NCBI GenBank assembly: GCA_001799895.1
Contig: MGUI01000015.1
Span: 20,338-84,337 of the forward strand
Length of the DNA stretch: 64,000 nucleotides
DNA from: Elusimicrobia bacterium GWD2_63_28
Lineage (GTDB): Bacteria; Elusimicrobiota; Elusimicrobia; Elusimicrobiales; UBA9959
Direction: 5' to 3'
Part shown: positions 57,287 to 64,000 of the stretch, one piece after another
Layout: the number at the start of each line of letters is the position of its first letter
Numbering within the stretch: the stretch's first letter is position 1
The notes under the pieces: generated by a model
Told to the model about the DNA's origin: nothing
The model's input: only the letters and a program-made list of their open reading frames with translations
The model's database searches: none
Position numbers and translations under genes: made by a program

Positions 57287-58207
57287 TTGATAAAATTCCT
57301 GTCCTCCCTCAAGCTCTTCTTCGCGCTCTGCCTGGCGCTGGGCGGAGCCTTTATCTACCAGACGGTGTTCAACACCGGGCCGGCCGTCTACGCTTCGGCC
57401 TGGTTCCTGGCGCTGGGCGCCCTGCTGGCCCTCAACATCGCGGTTTGCGCCGGCGGCCGCATCAAAACGGCCGCCCCGTCCTTCCTGCTGATACACGCCG
57501 GCCTGATCCTGGTGATACTGGGCAGCTTCGCCAGCCGCGCCCTGCGCTTCGAGGCCGAGCTGCCGCTGCGCGCGGGCGCGGAATCCGACAGGGTTTACGC
57601 CGGCAACGCCGTCTACCAGCTGCCTTTCTCGCTGAAGCTGGAAAGCTTCCGCCTGGATTATTACGGCGAGCCCACAGGCTCGCTGACGGTCATGGACGAG
57701 GGGGGCGGCAAAGATTTTCCGGTCAAGGAAGGCTCCGTCATAAGCCTGCCCGGCGGCGCAGAGATAAAAGTCCTGCGCCTGCTGCGCGACTTCGGCCTGT
57801 CGCCCTCCGGCGAGGCGGCCGACAAATCCCCCTATTGGCATAACCCGGCGGCCCAGGTGGAGGTGAAAGCGAAGGGTACCAGGAAGAAACTGTGGTTCTT
57901 CGCCAATTTCCCCGGCATGCACCGCTCGGAGCTGCCCTTCCACGTCTTCTACAAGCTCGAGAACGCCGACATCAAGAATTTCACCAGCGCGGTGCTGGTG
58001 CGCCCGGCGGGCGGGGCGGCTTTCAGCGCCGAGATCTCCGTCAACAAGCCGCTCAGGACGCTGGGCTATACCGTTTACCAGACCAGCTACGACCCGGCCG
58101 AGGCCGGCTATACTTTGCTCACCGTGGCGCGCGACCGCGGCCTCTGGCTGGTCTACGCCGGCTTCGCCGCGCTGCTGGCCGGCATTTTTTTATGGCTGAA
58201 AAAGTGA
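57287..58207 (+). CDS. Short ResB/CcsB-like cytochrome c biogenesis protein
   Basis: 306 aa. N-terminal FLSSLKLFFALCLAL, C-terminal LGYTVYQTSYD plus a final TM. TTG start. Shorter than typical ResB. Confidence 0.6.
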   Translation: MIKFLSSLKLFFALCLALGGAFIYQTVFNTGPAVYASAWFLALGALLALNIAVCAGGRIKTAAPSFLLIHAGLILVILGSFASRALRFEAELPLRAGAESDRVYAGNAVYQLPFSLKLESFRLDYYGEPTGSLTVMDEGGGKDFPVKEGSVISLPGGAEIKVLRLLRDFGLSPSGEAADKSPYWHNPAAQVEVKAKGTRKKLWFFANFPGMHRSELPFHVFYKLENADIKNFTSAVLVRPAGGAAFSAEISVNKPLRTLGYTVYQTSYDPAEAGYTLLTVARDRGLWLVYAGFAALLAGIFLWLKK

Positions 58208-58965
58208 CGCTTCTGTTCAATATCTCGTTCGCGCTGGCGCTGGCCTCCCTGGCGGCCGCGGCCGCGGACTACCTCTTCAAAGAAAAGGCCCCGCGCAGGC
58301 TTACGCCCGCGCTGCTGGGCCTCTGCTGGCTGGCCCTCACCGCCGGCCTGGCGCTCCTCTGGGCGAGGCTGGGCCGCCCCCCGCTGGCCAACCAGTACGA
58401 GTCCCTGCTGACCATGCTCTGGTTCATTTTCCCCCTCAGCGCCTACTTCTACCGCCGGTTCCCGGTGCCGGAGGCCCTCTGGCCGGCCGCCTTCGCGGCC
58501 CCGGTCCTGATGGGCGTGGCCGGCCTGCTCGACAAGACGGCGCGCCCGCTGATGCCCGCCCTGCGCTCCGACTGGCTGATCTTCCACGTGCTCTCTTCCA
58601 TGGCCGCCTACGCGGCCTTCGCGCTGGCCGCAATCGCGGCGGCCGCGGCGCTGGCCAGGAAAAAGACCGCCGAGGACGAGGAGCTGCTGCTGCGCCTGGC
58701 CAAGCTCGGCTTCGCCTTCCTTACGCTGGGCATAGTAACCGGCTCCGTCTGGGCCGAGACGGCCTGGGGCGCCTGGTGGAGCTGGGACCCCAAGGAAACC
58801 TGGTCGCTGCTGACCTGGCTGGCCTACGCCGCCGCGCTGCACCTGAGGAAGAGGGGCTGGCACGCCCATAAATTTGCGATAACCCTTATCGCCTGCTTCG
58901 CGCTGGTGCTCTTCACCTATTTCGGGGTAAACTTCCTGCTGAGCGGTATGCACAGCTATGCCTGA
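58192..58965 (+). CDS. ccsA: Cytochrome c biogenesis protein CcsA/ResC (haem-handling WWD protein)
   Basis: ATG 58192 (MAEKVTLLFNISF). WWD motif WGAWWSWDPKETW, with conserved His residues. The track ORF start at 57892 is an out-of-context upstream extension. Confidence 0.8.
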   Translation: MAEKVTLLFNISFALALASLAAAAADYLFKEKAPRRLTPALLGLCWLALTAGLALLWARLGRPPLANQYESLLTMLWFIFPLSAYFYRRFPVPEALWPAAFAAPVLMGVAGLLDKTARPLMPALRSDWLIFHVLSSMAAYAAFALAAIAAAAALARKKTAEDEELLLRLAKLGFAFLTLGIVTGSVWAETAWGAWWSWDPKETWSLLTWLAYAAALHLRKRGWHAHKFAITLIACFALVLFTYFGVNFLLSGMHSYA

Positions 58966-59461
58966 GACGATTAAAAAGCTCTGGAGCGCCTTAAAGGAAC
59001 TGGCCGCCAGGCGGCAGGACTTCCTGATCAAGGCCGCCATCTACGCCGGGGCGGCCGGTTTCGCCGCGCTGACGCTGTTCTTCGGCCCGCCGAAGCTCAT
59101 CGAGCGCACCGAGACCACCAAGTTCTGCGGCCTCTGCCATTCCATGAAGCCGCAGCACTCGGCCTGGGAGCACTCGGCGCACCGCTCGGCCCGCTGCATA
59201 GACTGCCACCTGCCCAACGACAATGTCGTGAACCACTACGTCTGGAAGACCATCGACGGCAACAAGGACGTCTTCTACGAGTTCTCCGGCCTGCGCGAGC
59301 ACGACGAGATAAAGCTTTCCCCCCACGGCCACAAAGTGCTGCAGGCCAACTGCATCCGCTGCCACGAGACGACGGTGACCCACATCGACACTAAGCGGGC
59401 CTGCATAGACTGCCACCGCACCGCGGGGCATAAGAGACAGGGAATGACCGAAACAAGGTAA
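58958..59461 (+). CDS. nrfH: NrfH/NapC-family tetrahaem cytochrome c quinol dehydrogenase
   Basis: 167 aa. An N-terminal TM plus four CXXCH motifs (CGLCH, CIDCH, CIRCH, CIDCH). Confidence 0.85.
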   Translation: MPETIKKLWSALKELAARRQDFLIKAAIYAGAAGFAALTLFFGPPKLIERTETTKFCGLCHSMKPQHSAWEHSAHRSARCIDCHLPNDNVVNHYVWKTIDGNKDVFYEFSGLREHDEIKLSPHGHKVLQANCIRCHETTVTHIDTKRACIDCHRTAGHKRQGMTETR

Positions 59462-59466
59462 AAACC

Positions 59467-60909
59467 ATGAAAAAACTCATACTCTTAACTCCGGCGCTGT
59501 GCTTATTTTTCGCCGCATGCACCAAGAACGCGGACCCGATCAAGATCACCGAGCTCAAGCCCGGCGAATACGAGCCCAAGGAATGGGCCAAGAACTGGCC
59601 GCTGGAATACGAGGGCTGGGAGGCCACCGCCAATCCCACCCCCGCCGGCAAGAGCTACTACAAGAAGGGCTGGGACGCCGACGGCAAGATCTACGACAAG
59701 CTCTCCGAATTTCCCTACATGCCGCTGCTGTTCTCCGGCTGGGGCTTCGGCATAGAGTACAACGAGCCGCGCGGCCACATGCACATGCTGACAGACGTGC
59801 TCGATATCGACCCTTCGCGCCGCAAGGCCGGCGGCGCCTGCCTGACCTGCAAGACCCCCTACGCGCAGGAGCTGCAGGCCAAGTACGGCAAGGACTATTT
59901 CTCCAAACCCTTCGACGAGATCCACGCGCTGATCCCCAAGAACCACCAGAAGCTGGGCGCGGCCTGCATCACCTGCCACGACGAGGCCGACGCGTCGCTG
60001 CGCATCCTCAACCAGTTCACCCTCGGGAAGGCGCTCAAAGACATGGGCGTGGACACGGCGAAGCTGTCCAACCAGGACCTGCGCTCGCTGGTCTGCGCGC
60101 AGTGCCACGTCACCTATGTGGTCAGGAAAGACAAGGACATGAAATCCGATTCCGTCTTCTTCCCCTGGCAGAACTCCAAATACGGGAGTATTTCCATAGA
60201 GGACATAATAAAGACCATCAAGAGCGACCCGGCCCACCTGGAATGGACGCAGGCCGTGACCGGCTTCAAGCTGGGCTTCCTGCGGCACGCCGAGTTCGAG
60301 CTGCTCTCCAACGACAGCACGCACTGGAAGGCCGGCCTGGCCTGCGCCGACTGCCACATGCCCTACACCCGCTCCGGCTCCAAGAAGATCTCAGACCACC
60401 GCGTGATGAGCCCGCTGAAAAAAGACATGAAGGCCTGCATCCAGTGCCACACCGAGGGCAAGGAATGGCTGATGCAGCGCGTGAAATCCATACAGGACCG
60501 CACGGCCTCGCTGCAGCTGCGCGCGGGCTACGCCACGGCGACGGCGGCCAAGCTGTTCGAGCGCGCTAACGCCGTGAAGAAGGGCGGCCGCTCGCTCGAC
60601 GAGGCGCTCTACGCCAAGGCGAAAGAATATTACGAGGAAGCCTTCTACCGCGTCACGTTCATCGGCGCGGAGAACTCGATGGGCTTCCACAACCCGCCCG
60701 AGACGCTGCGCGTGCTGGGCGACGCGGCCTATTTCGCGGGCAAGTCCGAGGCCCTGCTGCGCCAGGCGCTGGCCCAGGCGGGCGCCCCCGCCCCGGCCCG
60801 GGTGGACCTGGAACTCGGCAAGTACCTGAACAACCGCGGCAAGAGGAAACTGAACTTCGACCGCACCGTGGAGTTCAAGGACCCCTTCAAGAACCAGGAA
60901 AAGTTCTAA
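59467..60909 (+). CDS. nrfA: Pentahaem cytochrome c nitrite reductase (ammonia-forming)
   Basis: 480 aa. Lipoprotein-like signal LFFAAC, active-site CXXCK (CLTCK), and four CXXCH motifs (CITCH, CAQCH, CADCH, CIQCH). Confidence 0.9.
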   Translation: MKKLILLTPALCLFFAACTKNADPIKITELKPGEYEPKEWAKNWPLEYEGWEATANPTPAGKSYYKKGWDADGKIYDKLSEFPYMPLLFSGWGFGIEYNEPRGHMHMLTDVLDIDPSRRKAGGACLTCKTPYAQELQAKYGKDYFSKPFDEIHALIPKNHQKLGAACITCHDEADASLRILNQFTLGKALKDMGVDTAKLSNQDLRSLVCAQCHVTYVVRKDKDMKSDSVFFPWQNSKYGSISIEDIIKTIKSDPAHLEWTQAVTGFKLGFLRHAEFELLSNDSTHWKAGLACADCHMPYTRSGSKKISDHRVMSPLKKDMKACIQCHTEGKEWLMQRVKSIQDRTASLQLRAGYATATAAKLFERANAVKKGGRSLDEALYAKAKEYYEEAFYRVTFIGAENSMGFHNPPETLRVLGDAAYFAGKSEALLRQALAQAGAPAPARVDLELGKYLNNRGKRKLNFDRTVEFKDPFKNQEKF

Positions 60910-60922
60910 ACCCCGCGGCGAT

Positions 60923-60951
60923 AAAAAGGCCCGCCCCCGGCGGGCTTTTTT
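60923..60951 (+). terminator. Rho-independent terminator after nrfA
   Basis: AAAAAG-GCCCGCC-CCC-GGCGGGC-TTTTTT. Confidence 0.8.
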
Positions 60952-61042
60952 ATTTACGCAACCCTACAGGCTCCCGGCGCGTATTATTAGCGTGGAACCC
61001 GCGGAGGCCCGGCCCCCGTCGTTAATTTTGTAGAATCAAGGA

Positions 61043-62269
61043 ATGCGCATGCTGACCTGCCTCCTGCTGCTGGCCGTACTGCCGGCCGCCGCCGCCGAAA
61101 CCCTGACCCTTGAAGAGGCCCGCAAGGCCCTGCTCGCCGCCAACCCGCAGGCCCAGGCGGCCGCCGGGGACCTGGAAACCGCGCGGCTGCGAGTGACGGC
61201 GGCGCGCGCCGGGCTTTACCCCAGCCTATCGGCTTCAGCCTCCTATACCCGCTCCGGCACCCAGGGCTACGAGCCCGGCGACTCGTACTCCTACGGCTTC
61301 AATGGCAGCCAGCCCCTTTTTTCCCCCTCCGTCCCCGCCTCCGTCCGCTCCGCCTCCGCGGCGCACAGGGCGGCGCGGGCCGCCTATGACAGAACGGCCT
61401 CCCGGCTGGTCTACGAGCTCAAGGCCGCCTTCGCCGACCTGCTGAACGCCGGGGAAAGCGTGAAGCTTTCCGAGGAGACCCTGAAGCGCCGCGGGGAGAA
61501 CCTGGAACTGATCCGCCTCAAGTACGAGGCCGGCCGCGAGAACAAGGCCGCGCTGCTGGAGACCGAGGCGGCGCTGAAGACCGCGCAATGGCAGCACGAG
61601 CGCTACAGGAAGAACCAGCGCCAGCTCGCCCGCAGGCTGAACCGCCTGCTGGGCCGCCCCCCGCAGACGCCGGCGCCGGAACTGCGCCTGCCGGCCACGC
61701 CCGAGCCGCCTGAAGATTTTTCGGTTTTCGAAGGCCGGCTGCGCGAGCATTATGCCCTGCGCGCCGCGCGCGCGGCCGCGGACTCCTCCCGGGCCGCCCT
61801 GGACACGGCGGGCAGCGCCGTACTGCCGGAAGCCTCGGCGAACGGCAGTTACCGCTGGAGCGGCACCGACTGGCCGGAAAAGCGCAGCGGCTGGTCGCTG
61901 GGCGCCAGCCTCAGCCTGCCGCTTTTCGCCGGAGGCCGCCTCTCGGCTAATTTAAACGCCGCCCGTTCCTCGCTCAGTTCCTCCGAGGCCGGCCTGAAGA
62001 ACGCCTCGGACGAGGTTTACCTGAACGCCGAGGACTCCTTCCTGGCCTGGCGCGAGGCGCGGGCCTACCTCGACGTGGCTAAAAGCTCCCTGGACGCGGC
62101 GCAGGCGCGCGCCTGGCTGGTGCGCAAGCAGTACCTGGCAGGCCAGGCCTCCTATTTCGAGTGGCGAAACGTTGAAGAGCAGTTCATAGCGGAGCAGAAC
62201 CAGTACCTTTCCGCCGGACGCGGCCTGGCCGTCAGCCACGCGGCCTTCGCGCAGGCTATCGGAGAATAA
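61043..62269 (+). CDS. TolC-family outer-membrane efflux protein
   Basis: 408 aa. Signal peptide, and two repeats of the OEP coiled-coil/barrel pattern. The start could be ATG 61049. Confidence 0.8.
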   Translation: MRMLTCLLLLAVLPAAAAETLTLEEARKALLAANPQAQAAAGDLETARLRVTAARAGLYPSLSASASYTRSGTQGYEPGDSYSYGFNGSQPLFSPSVPASVRSASAAHRAARAAYDRTASRLVYELKAAFADLLNAGESVKLSEETLKRRGENLELIRLKYEAGRENKAALLETEAALKTAQWQHERYRKNQRQLARRLNRLLGRPPQTPAPELRLPATPEPPEDFSVFEGRLREHYALRAARAAADSSRAALDTAGSAVLPEASANGSYRWSGTDWPEKRSGWSLGASLSLPLFAGGRLSANLNAARSSLSSSEAGLKNASDEVYLNAEDSFLAWREARAYLDVAKSSLDAAQARAWLVRKQYLAGQASYFEWRNVEEQFIAEQNQYLSAGRGLAVSHAAFAQAIGE

Positions 62270-63229
62270 ATGAAAACGCCCTTTTTCAAGACTAAAAAAT
62301 TCATCTTCGGCCTCGCCCTGCTGCTGCTGTTCGGGGGCAGCTGCGCGGCGCTGAAGAACAGGAAGGCGAAGGCCGAGCAGAAGCGCCTCGCGGAGCTTAC
62401 CGCCATCAAGCCCGAGCGCGGCGTCCTCGTGACCAAGACCCAGGCCATAGCCAGCGTCGAGCCGGAGAACCGCGTGCAGGTCACCCCGTCGGTGGGCGGC
62501 CGGGCGGAGGAAGTGCTTTTCACGGAAGGCCAGGAGGTGGCTAAGGGGCAGGTGCTGGCCTGGGTCAGCTCCAGCGAGCGCACGGCGCTGATGGATTCCC
62601 TCAAGATGAAGGACTCCTCCCCCGAGGAGCGGCGCATGGTGGAGGAAGCCTACAACCTCACGCCCGTGGTCGCCCCGATCTCCGGCATGGTGGTGAAACG
62701 CTCGGTGGAGCCCGGGCAGTCCGTCAGCCAGGCCAAAGAGCTCGCCGTCATCTCGGACCGCCTGATCGTAAAGACTTTCGTGGACGAGACCGACATCGGC
62801 GCCGTCAGGGAAGGGCAGAAGGCGGAATTCTACCTGGACGCCTTCCCCAAGGAAAAGCGCTATGGCCGCGTGCTGGCCATCTCGCATGAATCCTCCCTGA
62901 AGGACGGCGTGGTGGTCTACGAAGTAAAGGTACTGCCCTCCGGCGGGGTCGCCGCCCTGCGCTCCGGCATGACCGCGGACGTCCTGATAGTGACCGGCGA
63001 CAAGAAGAACACCCTCACCCTGCCCAAGAAGGCCGTGAAATACCGCGACGGCGAGGCGACGGTTTCCATGAAGGCCTCTCCCGCCGCGAAGCTGGAAGAC
63101 AAGAAGATCAAAGTCGGGGCCTCCGACGAGGCTCGCATAGAAGTGACCGAGGGCCTGGCCGAAACCGACACGGTTTATTATTCCACCGGCGTGACCAAGG
63201 AAAGGTCCGGCTTCGGCGCGAGCTTCTAA
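62270..63229 (+). CDS. Efflux periplasmic adaptor (MacA/HlyD-type membrane fusion protein)
   Basis: 319 aa. N-terminal TM, a lipoyl/barrel-sandwich hybrid pattern (VTPSVGGRAEEVLFTEGQEVAKGQVLA ... APISGMVV). Confidence 0.8.
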   Translation: MKTPFFKTKKFIFGLALLLLFGGSCAALKNRKAKAEQKRLAELTAIKPERGVLVTKTQAIASVEPENRVQVTPSVGGRAEEVLFTEGQEVAKGQVLAWVSSSERTALMDSLKMKDSSPEERRMVEEAYNLTPVVAPISGMVVKRSVEPGQSVSQAKELAVISDRLIVKTFVDETDIGAVREGQKAEFYLDAFPKEKRYGRVLAISHESSLKDGVVVYEVKVLPSGGVAALRSGMTADVLIVTGDKKNTLTLPKKAVKYRDGEATVSMKASPAAKLEDKKIKVGASDEARIEVTEGLAETDTVYYSTGVTKERSGFGASF

Positions 63230-63240
63230 AACAGGAACCG

Positions 63241-64000
63241 ATGCAGCCGCTCATAGAGATCAAACAGGTTTCCAAGACCTATGTTACCGGGGACTTCCGC
63301 GTGGAGGCCCTGAAAGCCGTGTCGCTGGCCATAAACGCCGGCGAGCTGGTGGCGCTGGTGGGGCCTTCGGGCTCCGGCAAGAGCACGCTGCTGCACATCA
63401 TGGGCTTCCTGGACCGGCCCGATTCAGGAGAATACTATTTCGCCGGCCACCCGACCGCCAAACTGCCCGAGAGCCGGCTGGCCGCCATCCGCAGCCGCAT
63501 GGTCGGCTTCATCTTCCAGTCCTTCCACCTGCTGAAGCGCACCTCGGCGCGCGACAACGTAATGCTGCCGATGGTCTATACCGGCCTGGGCTCCGACTCC
63601 GCCAAGGCGCTGGAATGCCTGCGCCTCGTGGGGCTGGCGGACCGGGTGAAGCACAAGTCCAACGAGCTCTCCGGCGGGCAGTGCCAGCGGGTGGCCATAG
63701 CCCGCGCCCTGGTCAACGACCCTCTGGTAGTGATGGCCGACGAGCCCACCGGCAACCTGGACGCCGTCAGCCGCCAGGAAGTGATGCAGGTGATAAAGGA
63801 TCTGAACGCCAGGGGCCAGACCATCATCATCGTTACCCACGACGACGAAGTGGCGGCCATGACCGACAGGACCGTGCGCATGAAGGACGGCCTGATCGTC
63901 TCCGACGAAGTGCGCCGTCCCCCCGCCGCCTCCAAGGCCGCCAGCGCGCAGCTGCCGCCGGCCCGCCTGAGTTTCTCCCCCTCTGAGTTTTCCGAGCAGC
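63241..64000 (+). CDS. MacB-type ABC transporter, ATPase domain (3' end beyond the window)
   Basis: My translation from ATG 63241 begins MQPLIEIKQVSKTYVTGDFRVEALKAVSLAINAGELVALVGPSGSGKSTLL... and includes LSGGQCQRVAIARAL and MADEPTGNLD. Open to the window end, so absent from the ORF track. Confidence 0.85.
   Translation, partial: MQPLIEIKQVSKTYVTGDFRVEALKAVSLAINAGELVALVGPSGSGKSTLLHIMGFLDRPDSGEYYFAGHPTAKLPESRLAAIRSRMVGFIFQSFHLLKRTSARDNVMLPMVYTGLGSDSAKALECLRLVGLADRVKHKSNELSGGQCQRVAIARALVNDPLVVMADEPTGNLDAVSRQEVMQVIKDLNARGQTIIIVTHDDEVAAMTDRTVRMKDGLIVSDEVRRPPAASKAASAQLPPARLSFSPSEFSEQ

Noticed and set aside
57892-58191. Long upstream extension of the CcsA ORF (track start 57892).
   Set aside because: It lies in an alternative frame over the ResB-like gene with Arg/Gly/Pro-rich content. 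The CcsA-like hydrophobic N-terminus begins at ATG 58192.

Overview
GC-rich bacterial chromosomal segment (about two-thirds G+C by eye). It is densely coded, with about 58 protein genes; no rRNA, tRNA, CRISPR array, transposase or integrase was recognised. Nearly all genes between 16.8 and 54.8 kb are on the minus strand. LolCDE-type and TolC/MacAB-type genes plus a beta-barrel OMP point to a diderm. NrfHA with CcsBA, Etf/acyl-CoA dehydrogenase and several radical-SAM enzymes point to an anaerobic lifestyle. Recognisable content: class III nucleotide cyclases, a histidine kinase, pfkA, a putative N-heterocycle (purine/pyrimidine) catabolic cluster, a Ser/Thr kinase, a YtrA-type GntR/ABC operon, histidine utilisation genes (hutH, hutU, hutI, ftcD), etfAB/acd, envelope glycan genes, a GH13 amylase, mcsAB, lolCDE-like genes, lysS, ndk and murQ. 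The standout is an ~8.8 kb island (22291-31063, minus strand) lying exactly between hutH and hutU. It encodes three radical-SAM enzymes (one SPASM type, two with class-B/B12-like architecture), a membrane S2P/M50 metalloprotease with a PqqD/RRE-like N-terminus, an orphan 557-aa protein, and four tandem small genes. One of the four (58 aa) is missing from the ORF track. Their products share a near-identical N-terminal leader, a variable Cys-containing middle with a CxC motif, and an invariant C-terminal SAVRG tail kept by synonymous codons. This looks like a radical-SAM RiPP system that I cannot assign to a named family from sequence alone. Secondary observations: a 23-nt element identical upstream of both precursor gene pairs, with a sigma54-like -24/-12 spacing. 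Phased palindromes upstream of one pair. A hairpin between the precursors and the maturase genes. Two related ~95-100 bp perfect-palindrome intergenic elements (GGGGACG...CGTCCCC) whose arm differences are fully compensated. Candidate leaderless promoters. The many long ORFs antisense to real genes are treated as high-GC artefacts.
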